From Candidatus Poribacteria bacterium WGA-3G (GTDB lineage Bacteria > Poribacteria > WGA-4E > WGA-3G), in NCBI GenBank assembly GCA_000406005.1, contig ASZN01000014.1, forward strand, positions 11,309 through 75,308: a stretch of DNA of 64,000 nucleotides, in the 5' to 3' direction. A model generated the notes under the pieces. The model was not told where the DNA came from. It did not search any database and saw nothing but the letters and a program-made list of their open reading frames with translations. Each line of letters begins with the position of its first letter. The stretch's first letter is position 1. The translations under genes were made by a program, and so were the position numbers. This document shows positions 35,889 to 44,474 of the stretch, piece by piece.

Positions 35889-37270
35889 TGTGTGCCGAGT
35901 TCTGCGTTTTCCGGAAGATCCACGATATTAACGGTTTCATTTGGGTCAGTGCTGTAGTCATAGAGTTCTCGGCCAAGTTCTGCATTCTTTCCCCATTCGG
36001 TATATCGGTATTGTTCTGTTCGGATGGAGATACCACCATTTCGATTTCCACCGAACTCGCTAAAAGCAGCGGTTTTCCATGAACGCGCTGGTTGCTCAAT
36101 AACGGGCATCAGGCTTAAACCTTCTACCTTTGAAGGGACCGGGAGTTGGCAGGCATCACACAATGTAGGATAGATATCAACGAGTTCGCTGAGAACCTCG
36201 GTTCGGTTAGACTGTTGTCCCGGCACACTGATAATCAAAGGGGATCTGAGTGAAACCTCAAAAAGGGTTTGCTTTCCCCACATTCCGTGATCCCCAAGAT
36301 GGTAGCCGTGGTCTCCACAGAAAACGATAACCGTATTCTCCGTGAGTCCAAGTGAATCTAGCTGCGATAAAACTTGTCCGATTTGGGCATCCATATAGCT
36401 TGTGGCTGCGGCGTATGCTTTAATTAGATCCAGGGTTTTCGCGTCAGAAAGTGGCTCTGTTCCAGAAGGCAGATCTTGATAGGCTCTGATCGCGTTCCAA
36501 TTGTTGGTTGCTCTACTCGGAACATCCATAGGTGGCTCAGAAGAGGCAGGCAGGTTAAGGGTTTGGTCATCGTATAACTCAAAGTATTTCCTTGGTATCT
36601 TGTGAGGCAAATGAGGTTGGAAGAATCCGAGCGTTAAAAAAAATCGCTGGTCTTTGATCTGTTGCAATACTTCAACCGCCCGATTTGCGATTTTCCCATC
36701 CTCTAATTCATCGTCGGCAATATCTAAGATTTGCCATGAGGGTGTATCTGGTATACTATATGGAATGTAAATAGGTCTCCATGATGGAACACTCCATGAG
36801 TACGCATCATCTTGGAGACGCGGCAGCGTGAATACTCTACCGAGGGACTGTGTATGGTAACCGTGTGTTTTGAAATGTTGTGGTAGGGTTATTGCGTTTG
36901 GTACTGTTTGCCGCAAATCTGTTCTGTTATTTAGGATTTCCGTGGTCTCAGTTCTGAATCCAGTCATCATTGAAATTCGGGATGGACTACAGATCGGATA
37001 TTGACAGTATGCCCGGTTAAAGAGCGTGCCTCGATCAGCGATTCTATCAATATTGGGTGTGTGGATCTCCGGGTGACCATAACATCCAAGTAGAGGACGT
37101 AGATCGTCTCCAATGATAAACAACACGTTGTATTGCCCTTCTGCGTCGGCTTGGAGTTTAGGCAATAGCCCTGTCGTGAAAGCAGCTGCACCTACTTTGA
37201 AACTGGTTGAAAGAAAGTCTCGCCTGCTAAGTGCTTGTGACAACGCCTTCGATTGCTTTATCTGTTGCAT
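35192..37270 (-). CDS. Tat-exported formylglycine-dependent sulfatase with dockerin-like repeats and a T9SS-type C-terminal domain
   Basis: Tat signal SRRDFLSTSFKVGAAAF. CxPxR motif in YPICSPSRISMMTG. Dockerin-like segments DIDSDGTVDIQDLILV and DVNKDGRVDIIDLLLV. CTD sequence NYPNPFNPETWIPY...YFYTFQAG. Confidence 0.9.
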   Translation of the reverse strand: MQQIKQSKALSQALSRRDFLSTSFKVGAAAFTTGLLPKLQADAEGQYNVLFIIGDDLRPLLGCYGHPEIHTPNIDRIADRGTLFNRAYCQYPICSPSRISMMTGFRTETTEILNNRTDLRQTVPNAITLPQHFKTHGYHTQSLGRVFTLPRLQDDAYSWSVPSWRPIYIPYSIPDTPSWQILDIADDELEDGKIANRAVEVLQQIKDQRFFLTLGFFQPHLPHKIPRKYFELYDDQTLNLPASSEPPMDVPSRATNNWNAIRAYQDLPSGTEPLSDAKTLDLIKAYAAATSYMDAQIGQVLSQLDSLGLTENTVIVFCGDHGYHLGDHGMWGKQTLFEVSLRSPLIISVPGQQSNRTEVLSELVDIYPTLCDACQLPVPSKVEGLSLMPVIEQPARSWKTAAFSEFGGNRNGGISIRTEQYRYTEWGKNAELGRELYDYSTDPNETVNIVDLPENAELGTHLSEQLHAGWREALPETQEQIPVPQMLPWDIDSDGTVDIQDLILVANNFDVASPEPPKVDVNKDGRVDIIDLLLVAAHFGESVNPAAPPASTHLRAEHATLADEWLTEARFADDGSDVFRQGIATLERLIDTTLPTETVLLPNYPNPFNPETWIPYDLAEDADVNIDIYNLKGESIRQLSLGLQTAGTYRIQSRAAYWDGRNAVGEPVASGIYFYTFQAGQFRTTRQMVILK

Positions 37271-37282
37271 GATTCGATTTCC

Positions 37283-37979
37283 TTACTTTACAATTGCCAT
37301 TTGGCGTGTGATTCTGAATTGGCCTGCCTGAAACGTGTAAAAATAGATACCACTCGCAACGGGTTCACCGACAGCGTTTCGACCATCCCAATATGCGGCG
37401 CGAGATTGTATGCGATAGGTGCCAGCCGTCTGTAAACCGAGGGATAACTGCCGAATGGATTCACCTTTGAGATTATAAATGTGGATGTCGACATCCGCAT
37501 CTTCTGCTAAATCATAAGGTATCCACGTCTCTGGATTAAATGGATTCGGATAGTTGGGCAAAAGCACAGTTTCCGTCGGCAGAGTTGTGTTGGTGAGGCG
37601 TTCTAAAGTAGCGATCCCTTGTCGAAAGACATCAGAACCATCGTCTGCGAACCGGGCTTCGGTCAGCCATTCATCGGCAAGCGTAGCGTGTTCGGCGCGA
37701 AGATGCGTTGACACGGGCGGTGCTGCAGGATTGACAGATTCGCCGAAATGTGCGGCGACAAGGAGTAGATCAATGATGTCAACACGTCCATCCTTGTTCA
37801 CATCAACCTTCAGAGGTTTTGGGGACGCTACATCGAAGTTATTTGCGACTAAAATCAGGTCTTGGATATCGACAGTGCCGTTGTCATCTATATCCCAAGG
37901 TAACATTTGTGGAACCGAGATTTGTTCCTGCATCTCAGGCAAAGCCTCTCTCCATCCAGCGTGAAGTCGCTCGCTGAGG
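37283..37979. repeat. second copy of the sulfatase 3' repeat
   Basis: See 35192..35888; the offset is exactly 2091 bp. Confidence 0.85.
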
Positions 37980-39379
37980 TTTGATACAAGTTCCTCATTT
38001 TCTGGGATATCCACAATGTTAACGGTTTCATTAGGGTCAGCGTGATAATCGTAAAGTTCCCTGCCACGTTCGCCGTTTTGTCCCCACTCGGTGTATCGGT
38101 ATTGGGTTGTGCGCATGGAGTGCCCATCAATATTTGTACTTCTTTTAAGTTGACTAAACGCTGCTGTTTTCCATAGGCGTATAGGATCCTCAATCACGGG
38201 TAACATGCTAATTCCTTCCAACTCTGATGGAATAGATAATTGACAGATATCACACAGTGTCGGGTAGATATCGACCAATTCAACGAGTGCATCTGTTACG
38301 ACATCAGTATGGGTTTGTTGAGGGACACTGACTATCAGCGGTGAACGGACGGAATCTTCAAAAAGTGTGTTTTTTCTCCAGAGTCCATGTTCACCAAGAT
38401 GGAAGCCGTGGTCGCTCCAGAAAACGATGGCTGTATTTTCGGTGAGGTTTAGGGCATCTAACTGGTCTAAGACGCGACCGACCAAAGCATCAATATAACT
38501 CACATTTGCGGCGTATGCCAGCGTCAATTCTAAAGTTTTCTCGTCAGAAAACGGAGGATAATTTGAAATATCTTGATAAGCTTTCATCCCTTTAGGGTTA
38601 GAGGTTATGCTCGGTGCGTTTCTTGGGAGATTTGAATCAAGAGGTAATTTAAAGTCTTGTGTGGTGTATAAATCAAAGTATTTGCTTGGTGCATAGAAGG
38701 GTAGGTGTGGTTTGTTAAAACCGACTGCGAGGAAAAATTGTTTGTCTTTAATCTCGGTTAGGACTTCTATAGCTGCGTTCGCGATTCTACCATCTTCAAG
38801 TTCATCGTCATCAACATCAAGAGCCTGCCAAGATGGCGACTTTGTTTTATGAATGTATCGCCACGGCTCCCTCCAAATTGGCGCACTCCAAGAGAGTTCA
38901 TCCTTCCACGCAGCATCTCCGTGTGCGACTTTACCAACTGATCGGGTATGGTAACCGTAGTCTTTGAAATGTTGTGGCAGTGTCACAACTCCCGGGAGCA
39001 CCTCCCGAAAATCTGTAGGGTTATCCTGCACACCGGTTGTATCCGGGCGCAATCCAGTAAGTACTGAAGCGCGAGAAGGGTTGCAAACTGGAAATTGGCA
39101 ATCCGCACGGTTGAAGAGCGTACCACGTTCTGCGAGTTTGTCAATATTAGGTGAGTGTATTTCTGGATGGCCGTAGCACCCTAAAAGTGGTCGTAGGTCG
39201 TCTACAGCGATGAATAACACATTGTATGGACTATCCGCCTCCGCTCGGAGTTTAGGTAAAAGTCCGGTTGTAAAAGCGGCGGCTCCTGCCCTCAAACTCG
39301 TTGAAAGGAAATCTCTGCGGGTAAAATGCTGCTTTTGTGAGGCCTGTTCTTTTGTCTGTATATTTGATCCTTTAGGCAT
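37283..39379 (-). CDS. Tat-exported sulfatase paralogue with dockerin-like repeats and a T9SS-type CTD
   Basis: Tat signal TRRDFLSTSLRAGAAAF. CxPxR motif in FPVCNPSRASVLTG. The C-terminal ~230 aa are the same as in 35192..37270. Confidence 0.9.
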   Translation of the reverse strand: MPKGSNIQTKEQASQKQHFTRRDFLSTSLRAGAAAFTTGLLPKLRAEADSPYNVLFIAVDDLRPLLGCYGHPEIHSPNIDKLAERGTLFNRADCQFPVCNPSRASVLTGLRPDTTGVQDNPTDFREVLPGVVTLPQHFKDYGYHTRSVGKVAHGDAAWKDELSWSAPIWREPWRYIHKTKSPSWQALDVDDDELEDGRIANAAIEVLTEIKDKQFFLAVGFNKPHLPFYAPSKYFDLYTTQDFKLPLDSNLPRNAPSITSNPKGMKAYQDISNYPPFSDEKTLELTLAYAANVSYIDALVGRVLDQLDALNLTENTAIVFWSDHGFHLGEHGLWRKNTLFEDSVRSPLIVSVPQQTHTDVVTDALVELVDIYPTLCDICQLSIPSELEGISMLPVIEDPIRLWKTAAFSQLKRSTNIDGHSMRTTQYRYTEWGQNGERGRELYDYHADPNETVNIVDIPENEELVSNLSERLHAGWREALPEMQEQISVPQMLPWDIDDNGTVDIQDLILVANNFDVASPKPLKVDVNKDGRVDIIDLLLVAAHFGESVNPAAPPVSTHLRAEHATLADEWLTEARFADDGSDVFRQGIATLERLTNTTLPTETVLLPNYPNPFNPETWIPYDLAEDADVDIHIYNLKGESIRQLSLGLQTAGTYRIQSRAAYWDGRNAVGEPVASGIYFYTFQAGQFRITRQMAIVK

Positions 39380-39393
39380 AATGTAAGCGACTC

Positions 39394-39927
39394 CTACGGA
39401 AATATTACGACTATTTCTCTGTCCGTTACAGACGCTCGGAATAGCGTAAGGAGTTCTGCCTCACTCTTTTCTGGGAATTCAAAAGACAGGCGGAGATACT
39501 CAAGGATTAGTTCGTCAAAAGAACGGATGTACGTAAAGTAAAACGTTCCAAGTGTGTCGTCTTGCAATTTTTCAACAAAGGCATTTTCAAGGTTCTCAAG
39601 TCCTTCCAGCCTTTCAGTATTTTCAAGGTTCTCTTGGCGGTATATATCCACTAAATCGACCCAAAGTCCCTTTCTAAGACCGAGTTCCTCTTTAAAGATT
39701 TCCTCAGAAGCAGTGAACAAAGTAGAAAAATCGCCTGTTTCTTCGGCTGTTTGCTGTATTTCTGTTCGTCGTTCGTTGACTTTTTTCATCGCCGCTTGCG
39801 CTTTTTCTAAAGGATTCTGTGACGGCATGATCATTTCTGTGATTGGTTGCCGCATCGCTGAATCACATCCGATCAGCGACATGAATGCACAAAGTATCAA
39901 CACAGTCGGTCGTATCCGTAATTTCAT
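39394..39927 (-). CDS. lipoprotein, hypothetical
   Basis: MKLRIRPTVLILCAFMSLIG-C lipobox. The start is probably ATG 39927; the upstream extension runs into the NCE-2 hairpin. Confidence 0.5.
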   Translation of the reverse strand: MKLRIRPTVLILCAFMSLIGCDSAMRQPITEMIMPSQNPLEKAQAAMKKVNERRTEIQQTAEETGDFSTLFTASEEIFKEELGLRKGLWVDLVDIYRQENLENTERLEGLENLENAFVEKLQDDTLGTFYFTYIRSFDELILEYLRLSFEFPEKSEAELLTLFRASVTDREIVVIFP

Positions 39928-39935
39928 CAATCTTC

Positions 39936-40406
39936 GGGCAGGAGACCCCATCCTTTAGGTTGGGGAGGAATGCCCGCTCCTTTTTTTCTTGACAAAAAGT
40001 GTCAAGAGTATTAGTATATCCGTGTAGGACAGAAGGTTGTGAATTACGCGTACCTGACGCTATTGCTGAGTGGATTCACGTAAAACTACGACACTTTGAC
40101 GCTAAACAACCAGGATATAATCTTTGAGTGTAATAGACGCGTGACGTAACAATCCGGTCTCAAACAACGCACTCTCAAAAATACATAGTCAACTTCGGTT
40201 GAGAGGGCTGCTTGTGATCCCTCTGTGGAGCGACAGTAAGACGGTTGTTCAGTTTTCAGTTTCCAGTTACGAGTTACCAGTTAAAGAAACGATCTGATTA
40301 ATCATAGTCTCTTAACTGGTTACTGGTTACTGGTTACTGTTAACTATATCTGAGAAAACCGCAGCCGTTATGAAGCACAAGCCCCTGCCTTTAGGCAGTG
40401 GGTGCC
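39936..40406 (+). repeat. noncoding element NCE-2, homologue of 29781..30236
   Basis: 5' nested hairpin GGGCA..CCCCATCCTTTAGGTTGGGG..TGCCC plus a T-run. TTGACA (39989-94), 17-nt spacer, TAGTAT (40012-17). UUCG-capped stem at 40189-40202. An internal heptamer inverted repeat at 40247-40345. 3' hairpin GCAC..CCCCTGCCTTTAGGCAGTGGG..GTGC. Confidence 0.55.
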
Positions 40407-40411
40407 TTGAC

Positions 40412-41413
40412 TTAACTATTATACCTTAATTTTTCCATCATTTCATCGAAAAGAGGGGCAATTTTCGGGTGAAGATCAAACGGTTTTCTGGCGGGTACTG
40501 GATGCAAGGTCTGTCGAGCGTACTCGCGAAACGTGTTATCTGCTGGTAGTTCACAGAAGCTGCATAATGCGTCGAGCGTCTTGTCTGTCTCTCTGGTTAA
40601 GTCCTCAAAACGGACGAGATGGATACAGTCGGGTAACGCTTGCAGTAAATGGAGTCCTTCCTGCATGGTGACGGTCCATTCTATGGCTGCCCTGTCAAGA
40701 TGTCGCTCAAAACCTTTAGTTTCATCAGCGATTTCGGCAAAAGCCGGGTCTGTTTCAACAAGTTGTTCGGCTATGAGTTTCCACTTCCGGTCATTGACTC
40801 CCCACCAGTCATGTTTTTCCCCATTAACTTGAATGCCAAGTCGCTGTGACCAATTCGCAATGGAATGGCACGTATCCCAACCGTTCCGTGCGAGAAATAT
40901 AAAACGGGCATCAGGGAATAAAGCCCGCACGAAACCGACCCTGAAGATAAGTTCCGGGTACTTATCAACGATACGTTTTGAACCGGTCACTGTCAAATAG
41001 GCACCGAACATTTGAGTAGCGCGTTGCCGCATGTCGCCTGTTGCGTCCTCGGCGGCGAGACGATATTTTGCGTCGCCTCGACTGTAGTTTCCGATGATGT
41101 CTTCATGTGGGTGGATGACGTGCCATATCGCTTTCGGTTCGTTGAGGTAGCCGACTTCTCTATGCATGGATAGTACGATACCGAGTATTGTGGTTCCACT
41201 ACGTCCTGTACCTAAAATAAAGATCGGTTTCTCTATTGACTTGTATCTGTTTTTAGTCGTCGAGGCTGTCTTGAGGATAGAGAAGACGAGTGGATTTATC
41301 CAGCGACCTTTGGTCGTTACAGGTCGCCCTTCAAAGAGTGCATAGCTAATAAAGCGAGGTAATACTTTCATCGGGCGCGTTTTGATGTAGTTCGGATTAA
41401 TTTGTGCAATCAT
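40412..41413 (-). CDS. sulfotransferase
   Basis: 5'-PSB loop FILGTGRSGTTILG and a 3'-PB-like FLARNGWDTCHS. Confidence 0.8.
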   Translation of the reverse strand: MIAQINPNYIKTRPMKVLPRFISYALFEGRPVTTKGRWINPLVFSILKTASTTKNRYKSIEKPIFILGTGRSGTTILGIVLSMHREVGYLNEPKAIWHVIHPHEDIIGNYSRGDAKYRLAAEDATGDMRQRATQMFGAYLTVTGSKRIVDKYPELIFRVGFVRALFPDARFIFLARNGWDTCHSIANWSQRLGIQVNGEKHDWWGVNDRKWKLIAEQLVETDPAFAEIADETKGFERHLDRAAIEWTVTMQEGLHLLQALPDCIHLVRFEDLTRETDKTLDALCSFCELPADNTFREYARQTLHPVPARKPFDLHPKIAPLFDEMMEKLRYNS

Positions 41414-41571
41414 TTTTTAAACTTTCCTTGCGGTTCGGTTAGGCAAATTTGAAATTTGACGTGCTTCTCCGTAGATCCGCTCTCCATTTCATTTTTTAAA
41501 CTTTCCTTGCGGTTCGGTTAGGCAAATTTGAAATTTGACGTGCTTCTCCGTAGATCCGCTCTCCATTTCAT
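41411..41571. repeat. exact tandem duplication (2 x 79 bp plus 3) of the start-codon and leader region
   Basis: 41411-41489 equals 41490-41568. Each unit holds the leader cassette and an ATG. The two upstream units encode an identical 17-codon uORF, MKWRADLRRSTSNFKFA. Confidence 0.9.
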
Positions 41572-41593
41572 TACGAGCTATGTCTCCGAGGTG

Positions 41594-42622
41594 CTAATTA
41601 GAATCAAAGATGTTAAAAATTCGTCTTTTTAGGGTTTCACGGATATTTTTCATCCGGTCAAGATTAAGGAAAAATGCGCCACCTAATTTCACTGGAAAAC
41701 TTAATAGGTGAAGCATCAAACGCGCGATATTAGGTTGGACTGAAACAGGACTATAGTTATGTTTCTTCATGAATGCTGCGGTTATCGTCTGATTGAGGTA
41801 AATTTCAGCGGAACTGAGTTCTCGGCGATTTGTGTCGCTGCGCCAACTGTGCGCTCGCTGTGGATTGATGCCGAGTTGTTGGGGTCGATCCTCACCGACA
41901 GAAGAGCCGACTTGCGGGACTTGGAGCATCTCATCAGTGTAAGTAATACCGACAAAGTCACAGAGGGATTTGACGGTTTTTTCGGGATAGGTGAGTAGTT
42001 CTTCAAAGTATATAGAGATGACCCGTTCGTGTTGTAGAAACCGATCTGCAGCGTTGACAGCAGTTCGCCAGATGTGACTGATGGTTATCGGATGATAGTT
42101 CATCCAATCACGAAGCGTCTCTTTCATCGGCATATCGCTTCCACCGAGGAACCGACGTTTCCACCTCCGCTTTTGGGATAATAATACGTCGCGTGGGTCT
42201 CGAATCATGTTAATAATCCGTGCTTCAGGGTAAAGTTCAAGGATGTCTGCGATGTAAAAGACATTACGTGGTGTCTGGTCACACGGAATAGTTCTACCGT
42301 TTTCAGCAGCCTCACAGCGGAGAAAGGTTTCAAAGAGTGCCACTGGTGTATCTGGATAGACGCTTAAACCTGAAAGAAACGCTTGTGTCTCGCTTAGGAA
42401 GCGGCGCGCGTTTCCGTACGTGCGATAGCCCTCGCGTTGTACACAAAATAATTGTGACGCAAGTTTTTCTATCTCTTTTTTATCTATTTTTGATGAAAAA
42501 GGCGGCGCACATAGCTGACCGAAGAAATGGAGTTCGCCAAAAGTGTAAACATTTGGGTGTTTTCCGAATATGCGTCCCATCATCGTCGTTCCGCTGCGAC
42601 TGTTGCCTACAATAAATATCAT
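41594..42622 (-). CDS. sulfotransferase
   Basis: Contains IFIVGNSRSGTTMMG and IINMIRDPRDVLLSQ. Confidence 0.85.
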   Translation of the reverse strand: MIFIVGNSRSGTTMMGRIFGKHPNVYTFGELHFFGQLCAPPFSSKIDKKEIEKLASQLFCVQREGYRTYGNARRFLSETQAFLSGLSVYPDTPVALFETFLRCEAAENGRTIPCDQTPRNVFYIADILELYPEARIINMIRDPRDVLLSQKRRWKRRFLGGSDMPMKETLRDWMNYHPITISHIWRTAVNAADRFLQHERVISIYFEELLTYPEKTVKSLCDFVGITYTDEMLQVPQVGSSVGEDRPQQLGINPQRAHSWRSDTNRRELSSAEIYLNQTITAAFMKKHNYSPVSVQPNIARLMLHLLSFPVKLGGAFFLNLDRMKNIRETLKRRIFNIFDSN

Positions 42623-42652
42623 TAGTAGTTAGTAGTTATCAGTTATCAGTAC

Positions 42653-42669
42653 GGTTTTCTGCGAAAACC
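42653..42669 (-). terminator. short perfect hairpin between the GH and sulfotransferase genes
   Basis: GGTTTTC-tgc-GAAAACC with no U-tract. Confidence 0.25.
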
Positions 42670-42712
42670 TTTCAGTTAACAGTTTCCTTGACGGTATCTC
42701 TTATCATGAAAA

Positions 42713-44344
42713 TCATCTCTTTAGCTGGAGGGTACCGAAACTGTTTTTTTTGATAGTGAGTTCTGTTGCCTTTCCTGACCATTCTTGGATACCGACTTCA
42801 ATTTTGCCGGATCCCTCCATTTCAGCGTTGCCTCCGTTTGTTGCGTTGAGTCTCTCATTGGCAACGTAACGACAGGTGAGATCTCCTTTGTAGTGTTTGC
42901 CATCAATAAAGATTTGTGGCGTATGATCTTGACCTGTGCGATTACTGACGAGGATAACGATGTTTTTGGCATCTTTGTGTCCGATGGCTTGTGCCTGAAG
43001 ACCGGACATCTCTTTTCCGGCGTATTCTATAGCCCCCAAAAGCGGGGGTTGGTTTTCGATTGAGGTGGTGAATTGTGTATCCGCTTGCGCGAATGCTTCA
43101 CCAATGAGTTGAAAAGTGGGATAGACGGCGCGTCGAATCGTGTTTCCGAAATCTTTTTCTGGTTCACCACCATATTTCCAGAAAGTGCCGGGTGTCACAG
43201 GTGTCACCGGCGAAAATACTGGAAATCCTTTACCGATGCCAGCGAGGACATGAAAGTTCGCTTGTGTGATATTTGGCATGGCTAACATTTTTAGAAGAAA
43301 ATCGCCCGCGTACATCGCGTGGAGCTGCGTGTTTGCGACACGGTTCGCAGGATTGGCGATGTTCCACTCAGTTATCCACATCTCCTTATTCGGAAATAAT
43401 TTTTGATAATATTCAAGTGCTTCTGGAACTGCAAAGTGGATCCATCCGAGGAGATAGCCTCGCATCTCCTCTATCTTTTTTTCCCTGACCGCTTTGTAAG
43501 CGTAGACATGGACGGAGTAAGCATCGAAAAAACTGGTATCCTTTGCGAGTCCTTCATCCCATTTGCGCTGCGGTGTTTTTATCAACCAACCCTCTTTATG
43601 AAATGCGATGGGTGTTGCACAGACAGATACCTTTATATCTGGGTTAACGGCTTTCATCGCTGCGGCATGTTTCTTGGCTTCCTTGACATAGGTCCCGGCG
43701 GTTGGGTATTTGTTGAGGTAGTGTGGGAGATAGTACTCGTTGCCGAGTTCCCAATGCGCAACGTCATACCCCTTATCTTTGGCATAACGGACCCACGCCG
43801 CGCTCTCTTCCGGGCTGCCTGTCCACAAATTCACGACGACAACTGGCGTTATCTTCAACGTGTTACACAACTGCATAAAGTTGTCGAAAAGAATTTTACC
43901 GTCGCGTCGTTTCTGAAGTTTGACGTAATTTCCTCTGTTTCGTTGATTCAGTTTTAGGTTGAGGGTTGATGCCATTTCATCCTGAAGAAAACCACCAATT
44001 TCCCAGTGGTAAAAGTTTCCGACGGTACCACCGGGAAAGCGTAAGGTCTGGGGTGCGAGTGTCTTCGTTAATTCAACAAAGTTGGGGTCAAGGTATCCAT
44101 ATTCGCCGCTCATCATGTTTGTGTTGAAACCGTGGAGTGCCTGACGGAGCGGTTGTGTGTTGCGTGTATCAACCTTTAAACGTATCATATCCGGTAGTTG
44201 TTTTCGGTCCTGACAACCGATACTCAGGGGTAGTATCATCAACCCGATGAGTGCTATACAGCCAGCCCAACAAAGTTTGTTAAAGATGTGATGAACATTT
44301 GCAGACTGAAAATATTTACTTAAGAGAGAACCTGTATTTAACAT
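42713..44344 (-). CDS. clan GH-A (TIM-barrel) glycoside hydrolase with GH79/GH51-like motifs
   Basis: Signal/anchor segment. Contains LRFPGGTVGNFYHW. Acid/base motif KGYDVAHWELGNE. Nucleophile candidate EMWITEWN. Confidence 0.65.
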   Translation of the reverse strand: MLNTGSLLSKYFQSANVHHIFNKLCWAGCIALIGLMILPLSIGCQDRKQLPDMIRLKVDTRNTQPLRQALHGFNTNMMSGEYGYLDPNFVELTKTLAPQTLRFPGGTVGNFYHWEIGGFLQDEMASTLNLKLNQRNRGNYVKLQKRRDGKILFDNFMQLCNTLKITPVVVVNLWTGSPEESAAWVRYAKDKGYDVAHWELGNEYYLPHYLNKYPTAGTYVKEAKKHAAAMKAVNPDIKVSVCATPIAFHKEGWLIKTPQRKWDEGLAKDTSFFDAYSVHVYAYKAVREKKIEEMRGYLLGWIHFAVPEALEYYQKLFPNKEMWITEWNIANPANRVANTQLHAMYAGDFLLKMLAMPNITQANFHVLAGIGKGFPVFSPVTPVTPGTFWKYGGEPEKDFGNTIRRAVYPTFQLIGEAFAQADTQFTTSIENQPPLLGAIEYAGKEMSGLQAQAIGHKDAKNIVILVSNRTGQDHTPQIFIDGKHYKGDLTCRYVANERLNATNGGNAEMEGSGKIEVGIQEWSGKATELTIKKNSFGTLQLKR

Positions 44345-44474
44345 ATTCTGTCTGTCCTATCGGTGCGAAAAATTTTAGAGTAGATTCTGTAATTAATTTC
44401 ACAATAGCGGGGTTACAAACCCCGCCTGCAATAGCATATTCTATCTGTCCTATCGGTGCGAAAAATTTTAGAGT
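44342..44474. repeat. 40-bp direct repeat (1 mismatch) flanking a REP-like hairpin
   Basis: CATATTCTGTCTGTCCTATCGGTGCGAAAAATTTTAGAGT lies at 44342-44381 and again at 44435-44474. The hairpin GCGGGGTTACAAACCCCGCCTGCA lies at 44407-44430. Confidence 0.85.

Noticed and set aside
35192-39379. The dockerin-like repeats as evidence of a cellulosome-type complex.
   Set aside because: No cohesin or scaffoldin is in the window. The DxDxDG loops alone do not establish cohesin binding, so I report them only as dockerin-like.
41411-41571. The tandem repeat and heptamer tracts as a CRISPR array.
   Set aside because: There are only two identical 79-bp units with no spacers, and the heptamer tracts have a 7-nt period. 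No cas genes are present.
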